A stretch of 64,000 nucleotides of DNA from Klebsormidium nitens (Eukaryota; Plantae; Klebsormidiophyceae), in assembly GCA_000708835.1 (NCBI GenBank), contig DF236953.1:1-64000 (forward strand), in the 5' to 3' direction. Shown one piece after another: positions 9,301 to 20,222 of this stretch (within the stretch, counting starts at the first letter, position 1; each line of letters starts with the position of its first letter). The translations under genes were made by a program, and so were the position numbers. The notes under the pieces were generated by a model. It did no database searches, had not been told where the DNA came from, and was given only the letters and a program-made list of their open reading frames with translations.

Positions 9301-12300
9301 CAAAGGTGCCCAAAAATTTCAATGGTGGTTGGAAGAATCAAGTGCCTTCATGGATTGTGGACAAGGGACTTAAGTGATGCAAAACGCACCTCTGGATGTG
9401 GTCCGCAGAGGCTACAACACTCCATGATCTGCCGCCCGCACAGCTTGAAGAAGCCAAGGCTCGCCTTACGCCAACACTCTTCCGACAAGAGGGTCGCGCT
9501 GGGATTGTATTGACGCCGTACCGCACTCCCAGCTGCAATGAGCGGGCTGAAAGCAGCTCCCGATTTCTGAACGTCTCGTAGCAGTATCTGACAAGCGACC
9601 TGCGTGACGACCACCGCGCGTGTCCACGCGTATAGACCGAGCGCCTCTCCATTGAAGTGAACGGTATGCTTCTCAGGGCAGGCGCAGCAATAGATCCGGA
9701 GCTTGACCTGCACAGTAATTGGGTCCAAATGGTGCCCATTATTTACTGACAGCTTTGATTCGAACTGGGTATGTTGCAATCATGTTAGAGTATCAGAAAG
9801 TAGCCTGAAACATTGCACGACTCTTTACACAAATCGTCTGCTTTTGTCTGGTTGAGTATTCTTTATATCAATACTAACTTTACAAATCATTCTGTATGCC
9901 AACGCTCCTATCTTATCAGCCTCTGCAAGAAAGACATAGACTGTAGAGCTATACGCAATGGTCTTTACCTCTTGCGCGACCAATACAAGTCGTGTATTTG
10001 TGCACTCTGCCACAACCCCGACCATCGGGTCCTGCAAGGGGGTGGGCCTCGCGGGCACGGGGCCGAGAGACATTCCGCAGCGCTCAACTCTTCGAAATCC
10101 CGGGCCGTGAGCTCGCTGACTCGAACTGGCCTTTGCAGCAGCAGCACCTCGGGGTCGTGAACCTGCCAGGAGTCCGTGGGGCGAACGAGCTTGGGCACCT
10201 CCAGCTGCACGCCCTCAGCTTCCATGGGCAACACCGTCGCAATCCCGTGGGAGGCACCGTGCGTGCACACATTCGAGGGGCACACGCAGATATTACACAC
10301 CGGAATCGAGAACGCGTTCCGATCCTCGACCTGGAGGGCACTTTCCGTTCCCCGCCCCCTCTCCTCAGCTGCATCCGACTCAGCTTCCCCCGTGCTGCCC
10401 GTTGCAGCATCCGGCTCCTCCGTTTCTGTGCCTTCTGCCGTCCAAAATGATTTGGTTCTCCGTTTGCCCGATCTCGCGCTCGCCTCCCCAATGCCACCGG
10501 AGCTTTCTCCTTGCTCCGATCGAGCTCGCTTTCCGTTCGTTTGTGCAGACGTGCAGCACCTCACTGCGCAGAGCTCCACGTCCACTTCAGCGCCGCCAAA
10601 CACCCTCGGATGCTGCTTGCAGAAGCAGCTCGGCCCTTCGCATGCAGCCCTTTCGTGGCTGCCGACGACTAGCTCCGCGAGTACCCGTCCACGTCAGCGT
10701 CTGGCGCACACTGCCCGCTATGCGCCACGCCGTCACCGCCCCGGCTATCACCTAGCCCGTCCTTCAAAGACGTTTTTGCGAGCTCGAGCTGCCCCTCCGA
10801 AAATGAACTCTTGCTCAATTTGTCCACACCGCTCGGTCCACTCAAAGCTCGCTTCACCCCTTGAATGTGCGAGCAGTCAGCAGTCTTGCTGCATCCGCTC
10901 TTCCTCCCCTCGCAATACCAGCCCATCCGCGCCCCCTCTCCATAGTGGACCATTGTCCTCTGAGGTGATGGCGAACCAACGTTCCAGTACACCCCAAAAA
11001 CCCGCTCCCCGGTCCTGTCGCATGGTATCTCCATCACCCGCGTCCCAATCTGCAGCGATATGGCGCTCGCTAGCCTTGGCGGCTCCAACGTCTGAAGCGC
11101 AAGCTTGTGCACGCAGGGGGCCCGAGCGTACAACCGGCCCCGGTCGCAGGTGCAGCTCAGGTTTCCCAAGGTGTCCCGATGCACCGTCTCGAGCAACGCG
11201 CGCACTTTGCTAGGGCGCCCGAGAGGTTTGGGCCTGGCGGCGTTGTGATTCCCGGTGCTAGCCAGATAGACCGTACTAGCAGAGCCCTGTTCGCCGACAT
11301 TGTACAGAGCGCACTCTCCTGATCGGAGGCCATCGAGATACATCACAGCTTGGTCGACAATGGTCCGACAATCGTCTGCGCTCGACGCTTCGCCACTCCT
11401 TGCGTGAAGTTGCCCCTGCATCCACATCGGAAACGTAGTTAGACATGCTATAAGTAAGCGCTATACAGACATCCAACAATGCTCTTAGAACAAGTTTGGA
11501 ACATCAGCCTGATATGTTCGACCTCTGTTAATGACTTGCTGTTGGTGAAAGACAAAGGCTCCACAATGCTCCGAACCGCGGTGTTATCCATCAGCATAAG
11601 ATCTTTGACTTGTTTTCTGTTACTGTATGGCTTTTCTTGTTGTGCTGACTTGGATCAAACACACATCAATTTTCATGGTGTAAAAAAGCATATGGATAGT
11701 GCTCAATCAAACATTCACAAGCAGATGCAGAGGCTCTTAGGGTTTGAAGATCTGCATTCCTGCTCACCTCCACTTGCGCGCTAGATCTTGCTGTTTCCCC
11801 CGCTTTTCGACCCCGGTTCACTGCTGCTTGCGCTGCAGTCGTTTTGCGGCGCCCGCCCGGCCGTTCCTCCTCTGCCTTCTCCCGCAGGTTGCCAACCTCT
11901 TCGCCCGACAACTTCTTCAGTTGTCTCCATTCCGCCCCTAGTGACTTGCGCTGAAACCAGACCTCAACTGAACCCGCCGAGCCTCGGTTGGTTCTTCCTA
12001 CGGTGATTGTCAGATTGTCAGCACACTGAGTGACAGGACCGAAATGCCGCTTTACGCACTCCAGACAAACAGGCTGGCGCTTTCTCTGACCCGTGGCAAC
12101 TGATTTGGGTGAGGTGATTGCAAAGCCCTTCAGTGCGGCTTAGCTTTTCCGGAATGTGAGTTGGTAGTCTTTTGTCACTAGTGTTTGTCTGCAAAGCGGG
12201 CACTTGGTAGCTAGTGAGTTAGCGGGAATATTTCCGTAGGCATTTGGATCTACAATAATGTTGCCACAGCTAACCTCCCTCTGACTCGCCGGGTGCAAGC

Positions 12301-12352
12301 TATAAGTCGAGGTGTTTGGTCGGGCCACACTGAACCCTGGGGTTGATTGCAT
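6394..12352 (-). mobile_element. KDZ (Kyakuja-Dileera-Zisupton) transposase gene with SWIM and CxC zinc domains; multi-exon and damaged
   Basis: Exons by GT-AG sites: 12352-11768, 11415-9969, 9707-9390, 9128-8814, 8293-7089, 6936-6878, 6632-6394. Motifs: two SWIM-like (CTC...CVH, YCE...CSH), CCACPEKH..FNGE, CSLCGPHPE|VLLCDG (D), FSCPHCVIYGF..GESPRD, YDNACKL (D), VDRFHF...HKC...YNP, NTSAVESCN (E). Lesions: TAA at 12142-12140, frameshift ~10690, and a phase mismatch at the 9969/9707 junction. Termini not found. Confidence 0.85.
8598..8810. repeat. Degenerate tandem repeat (units ~77-94 bp) inside a KDZ intron
   Basis: ATCCGGCC..CCGCA at 8598, 8675 and 8769, with recurring GGGCGCCTTTT and GGCCGGAGTC.AAACG blocks. 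Confidence 0.7.
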
Positions 12353-12540
12353 GTTCCCCGAGCTTCTTCAAGATGGCAGAGGGATGGCCGGATTGCTTGC
12401 TGGTTAGCGCATAGATGTGGTTCTGAGGGTGCGAGATTGGTTGAAACTCGACTCGGATGCGTAGAAGGTCCAGTTGGATATGAAAAAACTGAGAGAATAT
12501 TTGACCTTTTATACTCTGACTTCCGGGCCGACTGGACCAG

Positions 12541-12645
12541 TTTCGGACGCCGTGCAGCCTGCTTACGTGGCCGGTCGCTCCGTTGGCAGGCCTTTTCGGA
12601 CGCCCTATAGCCTGCTTACGTGGTCGGTCGCTCTATTGGCAGGCT
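12541..12645. repeat. 53-bp tandem duplication upstream of the KDZ ATG; each unit has a GCCTGC...GCAGGC hairpin
   Basis: TTTCGGACGCC starts at 12541 and 12594. The units are about 85% identical by eye. Confidence 0.85.
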
Positions 12646-12928
12646 TCTAGAACGGTCCAATATTCGGTTGGCGGTCCGCCGGGTTTCTGTCCTGAGATGG
12701 GTCAGGCTGTTAACCTCCTCGACCGTAAATCGACGCTCGCGGCACCCGGACCGATTCGCTTCCGCGCTCTATATCCAGCAGGGGGTCCCGACCCGAAATT
12801 CCTCTCCGGTACACGATTCGAAATACCGTCATATTGACGGTTTCTTCCGCTAGGGAGACGCGCCGGCCGCTATCGACGCCGTTGATACGCCATCTGGCAC
12901 GCGCGCGCGATCTGGGCCGTAAAATTAA

Positions 12929-13677
12929 GGTGGTAGGACGGTAATTCAGCCAGAAAAGAGGGTTTCTAGGGTTTGAAGGGGCGTAACTTGGTCATAACGT
13001 GGTCAAATCGAGTCCCGTCTTTTGCATCTTTCGGGGGGGACCAAGGAGGCCCCCTCGAGCACTCTGGGACCACCTCGAACTCACTGACGACTTGTCGAGG
13101 AAAGTCTGAAGTTGAGGAAGTTTGAACATTTACCCCCCTACATGAACCCTTGGCCGTCAGAAAAACGAAATGATAGAATTCTCATTGACCCCCCTAAAAC
13201 TGAATCGGGGCAAGCTGGGATGTCTATCGAACGGTTAAATCACAATATTGACGAAAATGTGCACCGTTAATGGTCAAAACTCCCAGCTTATATGCTCAAA
13301 ATGGTTTTTTCTCAGGTTGTTGACCAGGTATGTTCCCCTGGCGGTGCACATTTCCGTCAGATTTTTTTTGGAAAAATGTTTTTGACATCCCAGCTTGCCC
13401 CGAAGGTGATTTCCTCTTGTTCGAAGGAAATTTATCGTGGCAGTTGACAGGCAGAAAATCCAATGGAAATACCCCTTTGAACCAGGTTGTTTGGAGTTGG
13501 CAGGGTTTCTCAGACTGACCCAAACTACTTCGAGGTGGTTAGAGGAGCTTCGAGAGGACCCCGAGGGTGTCTCGAAGCCATTGGAGAAGACGAAACCTGA
13601 TTTGGTTTAGTTTTGAACATTCTATGAACCAGAACGTAAACCAGGGTCAATCCAACCTGAATTACCGTCCTACCACC
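12929..13677. mobile_element. 749-bp non-autonomous DNA transposon (MITE) with perfect 21-bp TIRs and TTAA TSD (Kolobok- or piggyBac-type target)
   Basis: TTAA|GGTGGTAGGACGGTAATTCAG (12929-12949) and CTGAATTACCGTCCTACCACC|TTAA (13657-13677), plus subterminal inverted ACCACCTCGAA/TTCGAGGTGGT. No coding capacity. Confidence 0.92.
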
Positions 13678-14819
13678 TTAATGCCATTCAACAGATGGTG
13701 AACCCGTGTCCATGGCGCCATCTTGATTGTCCGTACAGCTTGGACGTAGTGCGAAGCGGCAGTACGGTCGAAGTGACCATAGGCGATCAGCAAACAACGG
13801 GTATATATCGAGGAAGGTAACCGGCAGGTACATATTCTACCAACACCGTAATAAGATCATCGAAGTTTGAAACCTACAATTTAAGATGGTAAATATTCGG
13901 ACGTTGTGATACATACTTGCATGAGCATTGGCTTATACGATGTCCGGCATAGGCAGGCGGTGTCCGGTACTTTGTCGTCGTGTTATGATACTGAATAGCT
14001 CTACAACGCGCCATCTGGCTGCGACACAGCGGCGATACAGCAGCCGGTCGAGGCGCGCCGGGCTCCGGATCGTACCCGGAAGACTGCTGACCTCATACCT
14101 ATTACGGCGTCGGTAGTCATCATGAAAATTGACGGTAGCTACCATGAGGGACATTTGAGAACTAGGGTTGGGACTTGCATGCAGGTGACTGGCCCGGCGG
14201 ACCGCCCAGCGGGCCTGGCCGCGCGCGCGCCCCTTCACTTCTAGTTCGTCCGGCGCAAGGTTTGTGCAGCCTGCACTCAGGCAGCCGCGGGGACAGAGCT
14301 AGGAGTCGGACTCGGGATCCTGGGCGAAGAACACACGAAGAAAGAAAAGAGAGAGATGAAGAAAAGCGGGATGCTGCATGTGTTAAAACTTCTGTCTTGG
14401 CAAGTCCAGTCTGTTCCCTGTCTGTTCCAGTATTTGATTATGGGTACATGGGCAAATTTGACGGGTTGTCAGCTGAGGCACCAGCAGTCTTTCCCAGCCC
14501 TATCTAAATTGCCTTGTTCGACAGCTTTCAGCTAGTGGAGGTTCGGATTTCAGATACTGCTCAGAAAATTGATTTTCCCCAGTCTTTTTCTTAGCTACCG
14601 GCCTATGTCCATGTTCCGCAAAATGTAGTCAACCTTAGACGGCCTATAGTGGACTATCTCATCGCACCCTCCAGAGCCTGCCCGTCTGGGTTAGTTCAGC
14701 GCCCTGTTGCAAGCAGCAATTAGAGCCTGCAAGAGCTTTGACGACTGTATGAAAACCCCAGTCATAGAAAGCAGGTCGTTATGGCTTTCTTTCGCCCTCA
14801 GCGCGCCGCAGATTGTGCG

Positions 14820-17800
14820 ATGCACAAGTTGCAGGAGCTGTGCCTGTACAAGATCGTGGACAACCTGGACATGCTGGGGTGAGCTGCTAATTTTTATGTA
14901 TAAATCAGAAGCTTTGAAGTCTCAGACAGTGATCGGGCCTTGACCTCAACTGTTTCCCGCATGACCGATCATGGCACAGTTTACCACCACCAACCGCAAG
15001 TGATAAAAATGCACATCAGCTTTTCTCAAAACCCTTCAATGCAAAAGCAGTCGGGGAATGAGTACTAGCGTTGAATCAGTCCTATCGGACATGAAAGACG
15101 AGCCTCGATTGGTCGGCCAACTACTGGTTGAAGTCTGTTGACTTTGCGATTAGGTAAACCCAGGACGAGCCCCAGCATAGTGGTGTGGCCACCATGATTG
15201 CTTATTGTATCTTTGATACATACCGGCATGGTGCACTTGTAGGACGATGCCGAACTCAATCAATGTGGTCGTTGACAAGTTTTTCCATTATGTTTTGTTC
15301 TGATGCTGGGTGTATAGGGCCTTCTTTTGCAAGTCTTCTGAAGCATTTAGTGTCTTCGTCTTTTCACGATAGAAGCTTTCATGGCGGTCTTCTGTCCATC
15401 TTGCAGTTTGACAGCTTGTCTGCACAACCGATTCCTTGCACCATGTCACCTGTTTCGGAAGTAACCTTCTAGAATGCATCAAAGGCGCAAATAAGCATGA
15501 ACTGGCATAAATGCGCAGACAAGCCGAGACGAGCTGTCTACCAGCTTTGAGCGCTTTCTTTGGCAACTCGGACAGAAGGCTTTTGTTCAGATCATTTGGC
15601 AAGTAAAGTGTGGCGCCTTGGGCTTGGCACTTGTTCCTCCTAGTTTCCCTTGTTGGGACCCTCATTCCTTAGCGAAAATGAGACCAGATTTTGTGTGAGC
15701 GTTTCAACAAGGGAATAGGCAGTCAGACCGTCTTATCAGAGCATTTCATGACAACCAGCAGAACTGCGGCCGTTACAATCTGAGGCAAATAATCGGGAGA
15801 ACTCAGGACCGGTGAGGCTGGAACCTGGAGGCGATAGCCTACTCATTGTAAACAGTGTAAATGCTGTCTCAAATCCCGCTATATTGCTGCGATGCAGAGA
15901 CGTTGGGGACACGCCTGCCATCTTCCTTGAGAGGATACTTGCCCACTGCACTTTAGACCAGCTGAAAAGAATCGAGGACGCCTCCAAGGTACTACTTGTG
16001 TCCCTCATCACAAGAAACCCCCTCGAGAGAGAAGCAAGTTGGAAGGAGACTCAGCAACGGGAGATCTAGATGCAGAGCTTTGCGATCTGCTGCGGTCTGT
16101 GCGGTACAAACCTGTCTACTGGGATTTAAACTTGTGCTGCGAGGTTAAATTAGCTCGGAGGTTTTTCCGTTTCAGAGGAGGTCAAGGAGCTAATATTTAA
16201 TTGTCGTCCCGCAGAAAGCAGGAAGTCGGGCCTGATGCCGCACATATTCGTTGACACCTTCAATTCGGGTGACGTGTGGGGGCTTGTTATTTCGCCGGTG
16301 GACAGGAGTCGCTTGACTGTCTCAGCCCTTCTTCCCACTCCGTTAGAAAAATGGCAGCTTGCTGACTGCAAGCTTTCGTCATCCTCCAGGGACGGGACCT
16401 GGAGAGCATCACCAACGAGTTCTGGCACCGCTTCTATCAGAAGAAGTGGGGCGCGGAGGCCACCGGGATCATCGAGAACCGCGTTCAGAAGAAGGGCCTG
16501 CCTCTTCGCTGGCGAGCGCTCTACGACGTGAGCTTTGTGATTGCAGTCTCCTAGATTGTTGGAAAGAGGGTTAGTGGTTACCAAGGAACATTCTCAGGTT
16601 GCTGTGGATTGGTCGAGGCTGTAATTCAAGTCGTATTGTGTCACAGATTCTATCAATACTGGGGATGAGACACGTCAGATATCAGAGTGGCAATAGGTGA
16701 TCTGGATTCGTCGACTACGATTAACAATTGCGGGCTGGTGTAGCTCTTTTGAAAAGCATCATTCCGTTCTTCGTTGAGTCTCGATGGGATGGTCGGGCGT
16801 ATTTCCCTGGTGGCACAAGGCCGCCCTGCACATTGCATCAGCTTATCGCCCAGTCAACTCAAACGTTGTAGTGTGACGTGAGGGTGCTTGGTGTATTGTT
16901 TGATCGAACAAATAAAAGCCTCCTTCTTGACACACCTGAAACCACTTGAGGACGGAGCTAGAGAGAGTATTGCTTGTAGAAGATGCTCAGCTGTCCGCTG
17001 ATACCTCGCACTGTCACTCTAGAAGCTTGAACCAATGCACAAACGGCAGGCTAGGATGCTCAACTCTGCTTCAACCTGGAAGTACAGACTATGATCTTCT
17101 GGAAAGCCCCAACAGACTTCGCCCTTTGTGTGGCATCGGTCCGTGCTGTATCCTTCGAGACTGGTCCCGCCTTCCGTGACGAGGCACGTGAGGCTCGAAT
17201 CAGTACTGACTTCTGGTGGCCTTACTTCCTCATAATTTCGGACGCTTTGGGCACTTTATAAATGTCATTTTTTATTGTCCGCGCAGCACAAAGTGAAGCA
17301 GGAGGAGCAGATCCAGGCCAAGTGCGTCAGCCGGCTGCGGGAGCTCTTCATCAAGGAGAAGAACGGTGAGTCGGTCAGCCGCCTACGGTCAAACCTCCCG
17401 GGTTCAAGCTCTTGGCGGTCGACTTGTGCGTTTGGCTCGACGGGGAGAGTATCTCTATATTTGAAGTCTTTCATTCCGGAGGCTTAAGTAGCCCGTGGAG
17501 TCGTCGAGCGTTTTGCAAAGTCTTGAGTACCGTGAAGCCGGTCCAGAGTCTCCGACGCTTCACCTGGCCGATCGTCAGCCGGCGTGCAGTGATACTTCTC
17601 GATTTCATGTTGACTAAGGGCATGTTGACTAAGGACTGTGCTCGGGGGAAAAACAAAACTAAAAACCTAAACCGGAGAAATGACACGCTCCGCACCCGTA
17701 CCCACCCTAACCCCCAAACCAACAATACCCGTCCCCGGGGCCTTTCCTTAGTCAACATGGCCCTTAGTCATCATGAAATCGAGACAACTCCTGCAGTGTG

Positions 17801-20222
17801 GTCTTTCGAGCGTGTGTTTCGCATGGCTAAGTTTTGCCTTGGCTGGTCCGCAAACTTTGTCAGACAGGTCAAAGCTGGTCAAAATAGCATGCAGACGATT
17901 CGCTCGATCGTCCGGCACTAATGGTAATGTGTCGTCCGAGCCACACCTCGTGTCAGCTGCAAGAATGCTGTCGCTCAAAGTGCCCATGAAGTGCTGGATG
18001 CATAGATACCATAAGCGGCCGCACAAGCGCTTGGGCGCTGCAGTCGGTCTTTGCTACAGTGTCAAAGATCCTCTGAGGCAACTCCTGCGTATTGGGTCGT
18101 CGTAACAAGCCAGAATGCGGCACCTTGGATCCGCAAGCCGTACGTATGCACGCTGGGTTTATAAAAGCACTCTGAAAACCACAAGCTTTACCCCCCGTAA
18201 ATTCTTTGAACCCTGGACTGAAAACCGGACGTCCGCCTGACGCTGCAGAGAAGCTGGCACGCACAGTCCAAGTATGTGCCCGGCGCCCGGAGGTCAAGAA
18301 GAGAGCGGTGGGGCCGCAGAGTCCCGGCGGAGTGCAGCGCGGGCGGCTGCTGGCAAAGGCAAAGAAAGATTACGTGGGCAGGTGCGACGGTTCCTCTTGG
18401 GTGTGTTATGAGCTTTCTAGCACGCTCAGACTCTGTGTGTCGGCGCGTCGCTTTGTTTTGGTCCTTTCCTGGCCTCTGGCTTTTTGCGTCCTTTCCCTAT
18501 CCAAGGATCGTTCTTCTCCGAGCCCCCGGGCCGGATCCAGCGAATGAGCGTTCGAAGCAGATCCGTACCGTTTACGTATATAGAGCGAAATTGAGGAGGA
18601 GATCTTGCGCACTGTGCCTTCCGCCCCCGTCTCACATCATTCTTTGCGACACGCTTCGTCAGCAGTGTTATCCATTCCTTGCTCGACTTCGCTTTATCAT
18701 GCACTATGCGTTTGCTTGGTGTGCATAATTGCTTCAAAATTTCATGGCGTTTTACCACGTGCACTGTAGAGCGAAAAGTTTCCAGAGCAAAGGATATTGA
18801 AGGCTCACACTAACAACAAACGTCAAATTCTTTCTAGATGAGGGGATTAATGTGCTAAAATTGTCGGGCTCTTCAGTTTCTCCTGAAACGACGCACCTTT
18901 CTTTCGAGGATTCTAGCAATCTGTTCTCAATGGAAAGGGTACTACGAGCTTGTCGTGGTTTTGGCGGCGAGTTGGCAGCTATTGCTGGCACAAAATCTTG
19001 ATTTGGCGTTCGGAAATAGGGAAAAGAATTGAAAATGGGAAAAGAAAGGGACTCAATAAGCTCATACCCTGCTTGAGGCTCGTATATCTGGAGTCAGCCC
19101 ATCGACTCTGCACCACTGAGGCGCCGGGTTCAATCGGAATTTTGGATTGGGGGTGCTTCAAAACCTGGTCGTTTGATTCTGGTGCAACTTCAAATAATAA
19201 CTAGGACGCTGGACAATCCGATCGTCGTTGTAAAACCTCAGTTCTGGGTTTGACTTCCACATACCGAGTCTTTGATCCTGACTGAAGCGGACTGCAACAT
19301 TCTTTGCAGCTTTGATGCGCAGCGCCGGAAGTCCTTGCTGCAGCGCCAACCGAGCAGCGGCCCGAGCGTTCTCGGCAAACGGCCCTCTCCCTCGCTGACG
19401 TCATCGCCGGGCCCCGTCCAGAAACGACCCGCACCGAGCAGTCCCCAAAACCAGGGACTCCTGCGGCGCACGGAGCCGCCAACAAGGCCTCGAGAGCAGG
19501 GGCCAAGCAAAACCGTCCTTGGGAAAAGGCCTTCGGAACTGAGCGGTAGCTCTGCGCAGAAACGGCTCGCACTCGGCGAGCCTCAGATCGAGGCTGGGTA
19601 TTCCAGGGGGGCACCAGGAAAGAGTTTAACCACTGGCGCTGGGGGGGCGGCGGGAAGGCTAGGGGTAGGGGATCCCTCTGGGGCAAATTCTATTAGACAT
19701 GGCCGGCCGAAGGTTTGGTCGGGAGTGGGCTACCCGGAAGAAACAAAAGGAAGCATAGGAGCACGGGAGGATGTCGCGGAAAGAACTGGAAGAGGAAGGG
19801 AGGCGGTGCAGGGAGCTGGAAGATATTCGGACAACTCAGGGTCGGACGATAGAAGGAGAAGTTTGTCCGTCGAGAAAGGGTCACGTGTCGTGAGGGCAAA
19901 CGGCGCAAGTCAAGAGGAGCAAACGAAGAGAACTGAAGGGGGTCGGTTAAATAGTGACAGGGTCAAGGAATTGGCTGCAGGCGCGGCTGAAAGGCGAGCA
20001 GGTATGTCGAGCGTAAGCAAGAGCACGAGTGGTGAGTCAACGAGACTTTCCCGAGAAGACGGAAAAAGGAGAAGAGATCAGCCTGACATAGGTAGTCCAG
20101 AGCGTAGGCCGCAGAAGAGAGGTATGGTCAGCCAGTCCGGGTCTGAAAGCCTCCTGAAGAGCCAAGAGCAGGGAAAGGTAAGCATACTGACCGATGACGA
20201 GGTGCTTTGGGACGACGCCTAA
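14820..20222 (+). CDS. Elongin A-like protein (RNA Pol II transcription factor SIII subunit A), 6 coding exons
   Basis: Exons 14820-14878, 15898-15988, 16390-16527, 17287-17365, 18249-18381 and 19310-20222 splice in phase to MHKLQELCLYKIVDNLDMLGDVGDTPAIFLERILAHCTLDQLKRIEDASKGRDLESITNEFWHRFYQKKWG...WRALYD. This is a BC-box/Elongin A pattern followed by a long low-complexity tail. Confidence 0.85.
17597..17784. mobile_element. Foldback MITE-like element, copy A, in the Elongin A-like gene intron
   Basis: ~39-bp inverted arms TCTCGATTTCATGTTGACTAAGGGCATGTTGACTAAGGA / TCCTTAGTCAACATGGCCCTTAGTCATCATGAAATCGAGA around the core CGCTCCGCACCCGTACCCACCCTAACCCCCAAACC...ACCCGTCCCC. Confidence 0.8.

Noticed and set aside
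7259-11322. Plus-strand ORFs overlapping the KDZ gene (e.g. 7259-7855, 9992-10450, 10176-11213)
   Set aside because: Antisense to well-supported transposase exons, with no recognisable domains.
11945-11975. VEVWFQRK read as a homeodomain helix 3
   Set aside because: Only a 4-residue match. It lacks the invariant Asn and helices 1-2, and lies inside the transposase N-terminal region.
186-12142. Recurrent in-frame TAA/TAG as a sign of a TAR=Gln genetic code
   Set aside because: TAA ends the YR, helicase, KDZ and Elongin A-like genes, and TAG ends PARC6, at expected positions. The same ORFs also carry frameshifts, so decay explains the stops.
6203-13720. Candidate KDZ terminal inverted repeats (CCATCTAGGCAC at ~6.2 kb vs CCATCTGGCAC and CAGATGG near 12.9 and 13.7 kb)
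   Set aside because: The longer match is in direct orientation, the inverted match is only 6-7 bp, and no TSD was found.
17700-17720. CCCTAACCC motifs as interstitial telomeric repeats
   Set aside because: Single units embedded in the dispersed foldback core, not tandem arrays.
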